DNA of 64,000 nucleotides from Perkinsus olseni (Eukaryota): NCBI GenBank assembly GCA_013115125.1, contig JABANN010000059.1, positions 1 to 64,000 of the forward strand, read 5' to 3'. Shown piece by piece: positions 31,558 to 43,500 of this stretch (position 1 is its first letter; each line of letters starts with the position of its first letter). The notes under the pieces were generated by a model. It saw only the letters and a program-made list of their open reading frames with translations, ran no database searches and was not told where the DNA came from. The position numbers and the translations under genes were made by a program.

Positions 31558-34500
31558 ATGGACGCTTGCGCCGGCCAGAAGCCCTTCGAGCAGATCGGAC
31601 CGGAGTGGGAGAAGATTCCGCCAAAGCAGGGACTGTAAGTCGGGCTGTGATATTTATCATGTTATTAAGAGTCGTGGCGAAGGCCGAGAGCTCGGGAAGT
31701 TTTTGGTGTGGTGTAACGAAAACGCTTACTGAGAATCTCGGCTCAGTTACGATCCCAGTCTCGAGAAGGATTCCTGCGGTGTTGGAGTTGTGATGGACGT
31801 CAAGGGTGTGCCTTGTCGGAAAATAATGGACGACGCGAGGGAGATGCTTTGCCGGATGAGCCATAGAGGAGGCCTCATGAGCGACCCGAGGGATGGTGAT
31901 GGCGCTGGAATTTTGATAGGTGGGGATCGTGCTTCGTACTGACCCTCGCAGCCGGCGCGCTTTATGCTGAGAGACGTAGCGGTTGTACCATGTACAGCAC
32001 GATGTACGGGGAAAGCTTTTTATCGGCTGACCCCCGCCGGGAATGACAGGTGTCAAGATCTACCGCAGAGTTGAGTGTGACGTTCTGCCCTTCGAAGAAA
32101 GAAAATTTTGTCAATTTTCGCGGAGCATCTTTGTCATTCTCGACCTAAGAATTTTTTGATCTGATATCGATCCTGGGTAAAATTTTTTTCGTTTAGGAAT
32201 ACCCGATTCCTACTACCGGCAGCTGTCTCATACGTTTCTGCCTGAAGGCGCCGTGTTGCCTTTAAACGGCGAGTACGGCGTTGGGAATGTCTTTCTACCA
32301 CAGGAGGAGAATAGACGACTCGATTGCACTGCGGTGAGTTGGATCTCGCGTTTGCTTTCGCTATTTCTCCGTGTCAGAGATTTGACCGCTTGGCTGGGCG
32401 CTTTGGCCTTCGTGTGCTAGGGTGGAGGTGGCCGTTGGAGGTGCGAAGTGGTATACTTGGACCGGCGTCGAGGGGCTCAGAGCCCTTCATAGCCCAGGTG
32501 AGACGGGGAGTCTGGAGGGGTTGGCTCGTAGACTGTGATTAGGTGTTTGTGGGCCGAGCGAATGGAGAGGAGAATTTGGAAGGAGGGAGCGAAACTGAGG
32601 GGCGAGTGGTGACAGAGGTGGGTTGTGCCTTCCTATCACGTGCTGGTCGATTGGGGATAAGCATGAGTTACTAGGAGTGAAGCTGAGGGTGATTATTGGC
32701 AAAATACCCTACCCGGGGATCGAACCCGGAATCTCCACCTTAGGAGGGTGGCGCCTTATCCATTGGGCCAGCAGGGCGATGGGAACGAGGCTTCAGAATA
32801 TATGTCATGCGTCTTGTTCAGGATGACGAGAGGTACCTATCGGCTGCGTCTCGTGGCGGAGGTGTGACTGCCATGAAACGGAGCAAGCTGAAACCGACTT
32901 CGAATAGAACAGGGAAGCGCTACGAAGGTAACTAAGCTCACTTCTTGAGACTTTGCGGACTGTGAAGTGCCACCCCGGCGGCTCGTAGAGCAGTTTCATG
33001 GGTCCTCAGGCGAAAGGAGGCGTCGTGCGAGAGGGTCGTTGAGCTTGGAGGTTTGCGAGAGGCTTCCGTTGGAATACCTCCTCTATCTGCTGAGGAAGGC
33101 TGCTGGGTCGAGAGAGAAGACCGAGATGTTCATCTGCTCACTGAGCTCGAAGACAGTGACATATAAAGGTGATGACAGCGGGCCCGTCGCGGTCTGGGAG
33201 CGCTAAATCTTCGAGTGATGGATTGAGGTTAAACTCGGTTACTATCGAAGGCGGATGCCCAGCTCGCAGGAGAGCGCCTGGCAAGGGCTCCGGGTCTCTA
33301 CATGCGGGATTTTTGCCGCGTGTACCCGGGTGAAAAGACGGTTTCAACGTCATTGGTTGGAAGACGTCAGCGGAGTAGAGGGGTTGATAATGATAATGCC
33401 CTGGTGTTGTGGTGTTGATGGTGATGAGGGCTTTCTCGTTGCCAAGCCACGATGCTTCGAACGAACTCGAGGCACTGTTTATTCTCGATCAACGCTCGTT
33501 GTCCTGCGAATGCGGTTTGAGCAGGTCAACTGACGTGCGCCCAGCTCTTCGAGTACTACAAGGATTTGAACGATCCCAGCCTTGCGACGCATCTCGCTAT
33601 GGTCCACTCGAGGTTCAGGTAGAACGGGTCTGGGACTGTGCTTGGACAAGGTTGATCAATGGCACAGGAACTCGACGTCTCTTTACTGGCCTTACCCCCA
33701 ATTTTTCCATGGGAAGAGGGTAGGCCTTGACCACGCTATTGAGATTCTCCATAACACGGTCATCGTGTCGCGGTAGCGGAGTGTCGTCCTTAGTGGCGTG
33801 TCATCGTAGTGTACCGGGGTCGGCTGTGGCAGTGCGGCGGAATTGAGCTGCCTACCCACGGCCCTCATGCTCATCTTGTCGTTCAGTACCAACACCTTCC
33901 CGTCTTGGTCGAGGAGTCAGCCTTTTCGAAGGCTGTGCCATAACGGTGAGATCAACACGTTGAGTGGCAACAAGCAGGCCTTGAGAAGTCGTGAGGGCGG
34001 CTTGACTAGCCTTTTGCAGGTGAGATTGATTTCGACCGATCTGGTCGTCTCTGTCGGGCGATCGAGCGGCAAAGTTATTCTGGTTTGGAAAATTAATCTC
34101 AACTCGATTCAATTTTCTGATCGTCGTCGTGGAAATTCTCGGGTTAATTTATTTGATGATCTACTCGTAGTACTTGGTTCCATGGGTAGGGAGTTTCGTG
34201 GCGCAGTGACGGAGTTCATCATAGTATCTTTTCAGCCGATCCTTCCAAGCGGGATGTCTGAAGCTCAGAAGAATGTCATTCGCAGAATTCTATCACCGGT
34301 TGACGAAGGTGAGTTGATATATTAATGATAAAATGCAGGGTGCTGAGACTGAACCCGAGACCCCTACGTAGCCGCCCGCTCACGCTGCCTCCCCGGTTCC
34401 CAGCATCAGGATTCTACTTATTGCGAGTGTTCACTAATTCTGAAATAAATTTCAGAATCGATTCTGAGTTGCGGAATTGGTTTATTGAGGGATGACTGAG

Positions 34501-37500
34501 CGATGAATTTCGTGGCGCGCGGATTTCAGGCATCGGCTCGGACTCGGCTACGGTGGACAACCTGTTCGAGCAGCTGAGTATCATCTGTGGTTGGCCAGTG
34601 CCCATGGCGATGATGCTGCTGGTGAGAGAGGCCTGGCGGGGCAACCCTACGATGAACGAGGAGCAGAAGGCGATGTACAGGTAGGAGACTCCTTCTGATG
34701 CGTCATTCAAAATGTGGATAGAATCGTCACTACGACTGCGTCACGCGCCACGAAAATACCAGCAGGAGCGCATCATGTTTGGTGTCAACCAGTATCATCC
34801 TTCCCGGCCGCACTCGACCGAGGTTGATAGCGACTTTGCAAACGCCACCGTAGTAGAATTGCCGAGGTTGCGTCAGATCTTGTTGAGCTTCTCTTGTTTT
34901 GATGTTCCTTTCTTCCGGACGGGTATGTTGCTTATTACTCGTAACCCAACTTTTTACTATTTTTCAATCAGAAGATTCAATTCTGAATCCCAGTCCCTTT
35001 CAACGAGGGTTGATTATTTTTCCAGGTATCTGTCCTGTTTGAGCGAGCCTTGGGACGGCCCGGCCATGCTGGCCTTCACCGACGGCGATGTTCTTGGCGC
35101 CACACTTGACAGGAACGGCCTCAGACCTAGCAGGTGGGAAAACTCTCAGCTAGCTGAATGACGTCCCTCGCGAACTCCAACGTCTCTCGTGCAAATGGCC
35201 GCCCTTCTGTTGCTTACGAACGTTATTATAAAAACTTGTCATATCTTATCATTATCATCGTCTTTCAACCATATTCATATTCATAAACCTGTACGGATTC
35301 CGATGATTGTAATAAAGGGCTCATATTTGCACGCATGCCCAAGACGATCGGCACGTAGTGAGCCACAGTCCACGGAAAATCTGAATACGTGAGGGACGGC
35401 GATGTAGCGCAACGGCCACTACCGTCATTGCTGGGTAACGCGACTTGATGGTACGGCCGAAGATTGTTTCTTTCCTGTATTCGGAGCTGTTACTTCGCCT
35501 GCGTTGAAGCCCTCAACTATCGTGTTCCCCAATCTCTCCGATAGTGATGATCAGGTTCATGATAACCAAGGACGGCCTCTTCGTTCTCTCGTCCGAAGTC
35601 GGAGTAGTTGATGTCGATTCATCGGAAGTCGTGCAGAAGGGCCGTCTTGGCCCGGGCAGGATGATACTGGTTGATACCAAACAGGGTGAGTTCTTGGTGG
35701 TAATTTCGTGGCGCGTGACGCTTAACGCTGTGCCGAAGAATGCGAAATGATCGAGTGGAAAACCTGATTCTAAATTGGCATGCCCTTAATTCATCTGAAA
35801 AAATCAAATTGATGAAAATGTTCCCATTTCTTGTAGCGCTTACCATCATGTCTTTGAGTGAGTGAGCTGTATCTCCGAGCTCGGCAGCTCGCCCACCCTG
35901 CGTGGTGCAGGCCGTGCACTTTCAATGAGCAGAACTGAAAACTTTTTGTTGTTATCGTTATATATGTTAGTAAGGAGTTAGTAAGAGTTAGTATGATACC
36001 CGCGACATGTAGTGGGAAGGTTCTCACTTCAGCCCGCGTGAATTGGCTGAGCATCCCGTCTTCGGTCAGGTCGAGTCGTCTTGGACTCCGAGATCAAAGA
36101 TTCCCTCAGCGGCATCGCACCCTACAAACAGTTTCTCGAGCAGGCTGTTTTCATAGACGCCCAGTCCACCAAGAAAGTGACTGTTGATGATGATTTGTTT
36201 GGCACTCCCAGAGGGAGGACTAAGAAGGTGCGTCTCCCATGAGCGAGCGGTTGGGTCGAATCGAGTGCGCTAGAATCTCATAGTGGAGGAATCTTCTTTT
36301 TTGTTGAATCGACTCACGGGAAATGCCAGCGTGATCGGAAGATTGAGAAGTCATTTCATGCGTCGGGCAGTGCCCGGTGAGCTCAAAGGTCGCGGCCGCG
36401 CTTCATGTTCGAATACACTGTGGTGTCTCCTGGGAGCCTCTGTCCCTCGTCAGAGGAGATGGCGCAACGAGCGAATCGAGTTCGGACGATTCTTGTTTTA
36501 TTCGTTTAGGGCATACCGATCACGTTGGACATCCTAGACGTACCGGAGACGGCTGTGACGGAGCAGTTGGTCATGCACGGCTACTTCGCGGAGATGCTGG
36601 ATATGATCCTGAGCCCGATGGCTAGGGTTGGCCAGGAGCCACTGGGTGAGTTCTGCTCGCTCTTCATAGCGCTACTTCTCCTCGCGATCAGTGTGCCGAG
36701 AAATATCTGCCTGACAGCTGTGCGTTTTTCGGTCTTCGGTTGGTTCGCTTCATACTGCTACTTGCGCTCGTGATGGGTATGTGTACCGGTGGAATTTCCA
36801 TCCCATTTTACAGATAGGCGAGCCGTTGCTTCAAGCAGCTTCGTAGTGGTGATTGCGGTTCTGACTAATACTTGGCGGCCTTTTGAAGTGTGCATTCTCG
36901 ATCGTATAGTGCAGCAGCACCCACTTTCGAAGCGGGTCCATCATCGTTCTACTCCCATGCTATAAGACTTCATCCTTGAGCTAACTTGTCTGCGACTGGC
37001 TGACACTACGATGTCACTGCTGTACGGTTAAGGCATTACACCGTTGCGGTGACAACCCAGCAACAACCATGTTTTTGAGAGTCGTTCAATAAACCTGTTC
37101 TGAAAATCAGAATCGGGTCTGGAACTGCATTTTACGTGTTAAAGTTAACGGGGGGATCGTCCATTTATTATATCAGTGAACTCATATGAGCATGATATTC
37201 AACCTTGTAATCACCTCGATTCTAGTACTATCACGCAGCATTTGGTAAATATTTGGTAAGCTCTTAAGCACAATATTTGATGAATATTGTGGTTGGTAGA
37301 GCGATGCCATCATATCAGGTTCCATGGGCCACGACGCTCCCCTTGCCTGCCTTTCTCGACTGCCGTTGTCTTCCTTCTACTACATGCAGCAGCTCTTCGC
37401 CGAGGCGACCAACCCCGCTATTGACCCACTCCGGGAGGCCATCGTGATGAGTCTCGAGTGCCCTATAGGGCCGCAGCTGATGAGTTGCGATGAAGGCTGC

Positions 37501-40500
37501 AGCGCGGCCGAATTCGGCAGGCCGCATGCGCTCACGTGTGGCTCGAATCCGGCGAGGAGGGTGGTTCTGGATGAGCCGATATTGTGTCCGTGGCGGTATC
37601 AGCAGCTGCTGGACTTGGATAGCGAAAGGGATGGTACGACGTTTCCCTTCAGCGTGGTAGACACTACTTACAGGATTGAAGCTGCAAGGGATCTTAGGCG
37701 GAGCGGAGGTGGGTTCGGGAAAATTTCATAACGGGTCGTGGATCATTGGGGATAGGCATATGGAAAAGTTGCCGCATCCCGGTATCGAACCCGCGACCTC
37801 CGTCCTTCCTTCTCAGCTCTGCGAGACTTCTCCGGCGCCTGCGCTCTGGAGTCGAGAATACATGATATTTGTGAGGAGGCTGAGGCGGCTGTTCATGATG
37901 GCGCGGGGATTCTGATCCTCTGCGATCGGCGGGCAGGTGAGATTTTTTCGGCTCCGAAGTGTCTTCTGGCAAGCACGGCCTCGAGTGATCGCGACGATGC
38001 TAACTTCGTAATTACTTATACCGATATTTTCATAGAGCCTCCAAGAATTTGCAGATTGGCGAACTATCAACTCACAGACACGCGAGTCCCTTGAATGCAG
38101 GTGACGCATCTCAGGTCCCAGCAGAGTCCCGGTTGACGCCCTCCTCGCAGTGGGAGCGGTTCATCATCATCTCATCAAGTGTCGTTTGAGAAGCCAGACG
38201 GCTATTATTGCTGAGGTAAGCCTCAGTCTCGAACGAAAGTGAATAGGTCCGGATTAGAGTATTGATTTTTTCGGTCAGCCCATTGACTTGTTCGCTCTCT
38301 AGTGAGATTCGCGAAAGTCGTTTGTATGAGAGATCTAATCTCGGCTATCGTTCGGAATTTCGCATGCATTTACGTCCAATAATGAATTCAATTTACGCAA
38401 TTTACGAAATGTCATGGTTCGAATAAGCGAATCATCTTTGAGCTTCAGGTTGGTTCGGTGTCGTCGATACACCAAATGTGTTGTCTGCTTGCGTTTGGCG
38501 CCGACGCTATTTACCCATACTTAGCCTACGCTGCACTGACTCGGTAGGTCGAGTCGTGTTCGCGGGGGAATCACTCTAAAGGCGGTTACATGCCTTCGTG
38601 ATTCGCTCGGCCTGTCGTGTCGCGGATGAGGATGGTTGTAGAGTACGGCCGACGAGCACTGGTGCGGGGAAGGACTCGACTCTGTCGGAGCTGAGCTTGA
38701 ATAAAATGGTGAAGAACTACAGGGCAGCCACACATGCTGGCATACTTAAGGCGAGTGCTAAAGCGATGGGCTATAGTGTTGATGGGGGCAGTTGTGAAAA
38801 CTACCCTACCCGAGGATCGAACCCGGAATCTTCACCTTAGGAGGGTGGCGCCTTATCCATTGGGCCAGCAGGGCGCGTGCCATGTTTCGCCTCGCAGTTG
38901 GCACACCCACTCCGCACTCTTGATAGGATGCGATAACAGTGCACTCCCTTTCTAGGTTATGTCGAAGATGGGCATCTCATGCCTGTCCAGCTACAAAGGA
39001 GCTCAGCTCTTCCAGTGTATCGGCCTGGCCGCTGACGTCAAGAATCTCTGCTTCGACGCCTGTATGTCGTCTCTCGGAGGAGTAGGCTTCCGAGCTCTAC
39101 AGGAAGACGCCTTGAGGCTGCACACCAATGTGAGCTTTCACTTTTCTCGTTAGCCTAAGGTTCTGAGATGAATTAACGAGGTTTGCTGATGGGCATTGAA
39201 ATTCGAGAGAATTTGGGCGACCGGAATCGGGTCGGTCGGCACTGCTTAGGAAGTATCTTGACGGTGTTTGCGTCTGCACTCCGATTCGCCGAGATGTTCA
39301 CATGTGTTCGCCGAACGTAATCGTCACTCGCCACGTAATTAGGCGTATCCTTCCCGACCGCTGCCTCCACTGGTCGATGCTGAGACGAGTCGCCACGTTC
39401 TTCCGGAGATGGGGATGTATCACTTCCGCTCCGTCGGCAACTCTTCGGAGCTTCACATGAACGCCCCTGACGTTATAGCGAAGATTCGGGTGGGTCGGTT
39501 AGGAAAAAATTGCAGAAAACTGATGAGTGCGGGATTTGAACCTGCGTCCGACTGTAGGAGTCGGCGCGCAAGGACTCGCCAGTGGCATATAAGGAGTATG
39601 AGGAGTGGGAAAACGCCCTGGTCGACGAGTGTGAGCTTCGAGGCCTTTTGGAGATCTGCTACGACAAGTGCACCCCGATCCCTGTGGAATCTGTCGAAAC
39701 TGAGTCGGAGATTGTTAAACGATTTTGCACGGGTGAGCTGTCACGGGGTGACCGGTGAGAACGGTAGGGGACTTGAGAATGCTTGAGTGTGGCTGAGAGA
39801 CTCTGAGATACAGTCGCTGCGAAAAGGGGAAATTGTGGTACTGAGCCGGACTAACGCAATCGGAGCGGCTACAGGTGCCGTCTCATTTGGAGCCATCTCG
39901 GCACCAACGCATGAAACATTGGCTGCGGCGATGAACTCCCTTGGTGGGAGATCGAATACGGGAGAGGGAGGAGAGGATGAAGCCAGGTACTCTCCCGTCA
40001 CGCGCCACGAAATTACTATCTTACAAGTTTGATTGTTCCGCATTTCAGATTTGGCGGAGAGAATGAGACGCGCTCCCGCATCAAGCAAGTGGCATCTGGG
40101 CGCTTCGGCGTTACTGCGGCATACTTAGCCGACGCTGATGAAATCCAGATCAAACTTGCTCAGGTCAGTGGCTCCCCGTACCTGAGGAGTGTTCGAGGCG
40201 CATGCTCCGCTTCACGTGGTCTCATAATGTCGTCATTGTGTGTGTTCGAGCTTCCTTCACTTTTTCAGGGAGCTAAACCAGGGGAAGGCGGTGAGCTGCC
40301 GGGGTATAAAGTCGTTGGTGCCATCGCGGAGATTCGCAAGTCGACTCCGGGAGTTGGATTGATATCCCCTCCGCCCCACCACGATATGTACAGCATTGAG
40401 GATGTTGCTCAGTTGATATCGGATTTGAAACATGTGGGGCTAGGGGGTGATTGCTTCAGGGCTCAGCGCTGGTCCAGCGCCGCTGGAACCAACAAAACGA

Positions 40501-43500
40501 ATGGAGTCGATTCTCCAAAATTACCCTACCCGGGGATCGAACCCGGAATCTCCACCTTAGGAGGGTGGCGCCTTATCCATTGGGCCAGCAGGGCGTGTAT
40601 TCTGATGAATTACCCGTGGCCTGCCTGACAAGCTTTCTCTGTAGATCATCGTTGATTTGCTCAGACCAACCCAACTGCCAGGATATCGCTCAAGTTAGTG
40701 TCCAAGATCGGAGTAGGCATTATCGCCGCCGGCTTGGTCAAGGGCGGTGCCGGACATGTCGTTATTTCGGGCAACAATGGCGGGACTGGTGCAGCGAAGT
40801 GGACCAGTATCAAGCACGCTGGGGGGCCATGGGAGCTGGGCTTGGCCGAGTCCCATCAGGTGCTGTTGAGTTCTCTGCACGCCTTCTTCTATGCAGCCGA
40901 ACTCAGGTCCTGGTTTTGAATGGCCTCCGTGACCGAGTGGTTCTGCAAGCTGATGGTCAGATCAGAACGGCTCGTGATGTGGTGTATGCGGGACTTCTGG
41001 GGAGCGACGAAATCGCCATGACTACTGTATTGAGGGGTCACGCATCATCGTCTGTGGCTTTTCGAGCGGGCGCTGGCGTTCGGTGAGAACGTGAAGATTC
41101 GGCCCATTCGGCTCAAGCTCAGCCCGGATGGAGTACTCCCCACGTTCAGGTGCCGATGATAACTCTGGGTTGCGTGATGATGCGGAAATGTCACCTTAAT
41201 ACCTGCCCTGTGGGCATTGCCACCCAAGATCCCGAGTTGGTGAAGAAGTTCGCTGGCCAGCCCGAGCATCTGGTGAACTTCCTCTGGCTGATGGCCGGAG
41301 AGGTTAGGCAGATCATGGCCAGGCTTGGCATAAAGCGATTCCAGGTAGTACTGGGAGATCCTTCGCGTGCTAGAATTGTACGTTCGGAAGATTGGAAGAC
41401 AAGGCCAATGAAATGATATGAGCTGGATCTGTGAAAAATTGTAGGATTTGCAATTTTGTGTTGAAAACTGATGAATCGTGTAGCTTCGTGTCATAAGAGA
41501 GGCTATCGATAAGAGAGGCTCTCTTATCGGCAATGTTAGTCCACCATTACTACCATCCGGTCCAGCCTTATCACTTGGGTTGACCAAATGGCGTTGAGCC
41601 GCTGAGCTTATTAATGCCTCGGCTGGTTACTTCACGTGACCCCGTTATGGCGGCTTCGTAGTCGGTTGTCGATCACCGGATGAAGATGGCTCTTCAGGAC
41701 TTGATTGGTCGAACCGATCTACTTCGCATGAAGTCTGCTGTGCGTGAGAATAGAAAAACAGCTGAGATCGATTTGTCGGACATGTTGAAGCCCACCTGGG
41801 ATGCATGGAGGAGAGGAGACACGCAGCTGGGAAGGTGGGCCTTCTGGTGAGAGGTTGGATCTAGGACCCGATGGATTGGTTTTTCAGAAGGCAGCTCGAG
41901 GATGCATCTGTTACTGAGTCGACGGTTGCTGGTTCACCAGAGTCGCGAGCTTCGCTGGCTGAGGATCTTGATGAGCGTATTCTTGCTCGAGCGAGGGGCA
42001 TGATTGAGGGAGACGACCGGGACCTTACAGTGGCGGTACGGAGCTTACTTGGTCGCGGGTCACCAGTGGTGACTCACCACTCGCATGGTCTGTTCCGTGA
42101 ATGTTGTCGAAACTTCCAAACGCGAGCACGACGTTGGCGAGCAGAGTGATGTGCTCTAGTACTTTATGTTGATTTCTGCCTTTCAGTCTTCGGCCATGCC
42201 TTATAGTCCCTCGCGCCTTCATTCTTCTAGTTCAGATAAAGGACCCAATCCTCATCAACAACAGTGATCGCACCGTCGGCGCTCGTCTTTCCTATGAGAT
42301 CGCCAAACAGCGAGGATCAGCTGGACTCCCTGAGGGTGAGTCAGCTCCATCGTTTAACTCTGGGCGGCGATGCTCCCGGTGCCAACAGTCTATCTAACTT
42401 AACGGCCAAACTGAATCACCGTTGTGGATCGCTGCGACGAATCGTTTATCCCGTTATAATCCATCTATTTTCTGCTAAACTTTGCGATTGGCGGGTTGTT
42501 CGTAAGCGGCCATCCTGGACCTTGAAAGGCACCTCCCGAATACGAGGGTTGGTAAGGCCGCCTGGATGATTAGAAAGGTAGACCAGGAGTTCGTGGGCCC
42601 GTGTTCGCGCGAGGCTGACGGCTGTCTACGAAGTTACACGCTGATCTACGGCGCACTGGCAATTTCGCGGTGCGCCAGACAGCGTGTCCGAGTGGTTAAG
42701 GAGGTGGACTTGAAATCCACTGGGCTCTGCCCGCGCAGGCTCGAATCCTGCCGCTGTCGTTATTGAATTGACTATGAAGTTGTAAGATGATCCCCCTTCG
42801 AATTGGCCAGTTACTGGCATTCGAAATAGCGTGTCTGAGGGGTCAAGGAGGTGGACCCGAAACCCACTGGGCTCTGCCCGCGCAAGATGGAATCCCGTCG
42901 CTGTCGTTGAAGAAATGGGCCTGTCAACGAAGTTTGCCGCTGTGTGACTCGTGAAGTCTGTAGAAGTAGTCGTACTGGGACTAGAGCGATGTTAAAGCAG
43001 CTTGCCGCGTAGACATGGAAGCACGACTCGTGATATCAAGCAGGGACTTCGACCTTCGAACATGGTTTCGTGTGCTGCAATTCGGTATCCCAGGAAATTA
43101 GATGACTGTTCGTTAATTGTTGTTGGGAATTATATTTGACACTAACCTGCACGGTACTCCCTGAACATTCACGCTGAGCGGTTGCTTAACAGTTCAGTGA
43201 GCTGAGTTAACACGTGAGTTGCAGCGTGACGCTGCACAATTACACGTGCATGCGGTGCGCACTTTGCACCAGTATATGCATGCACCAATTGCCTGACTAG
43301 CGCTAATGACAATCTACGGCCAGTGCGTAGCATGTCTCTCTTCTCCTACAGGATCATTGCTCGTCCTATTCTCTGGGAGTGCTGGACAGTCGTTCGGTTC
43401 GTGGCTGATGAAGGGAGTATCTTTTTCACTAGAAGGAGAGGCGAACGATTATGTTGGAAAGGGTCTTTGTGGAGGAGATGTTGATATAGTAAGGATTAGT

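Noticed and set aside
32623-40628. Repeated peptide [24 protein letters not shown] in several ORFs
   Set aside because: It is the antisense translation of the tRNA-Arg(CCU) copies, not a protein repeat.
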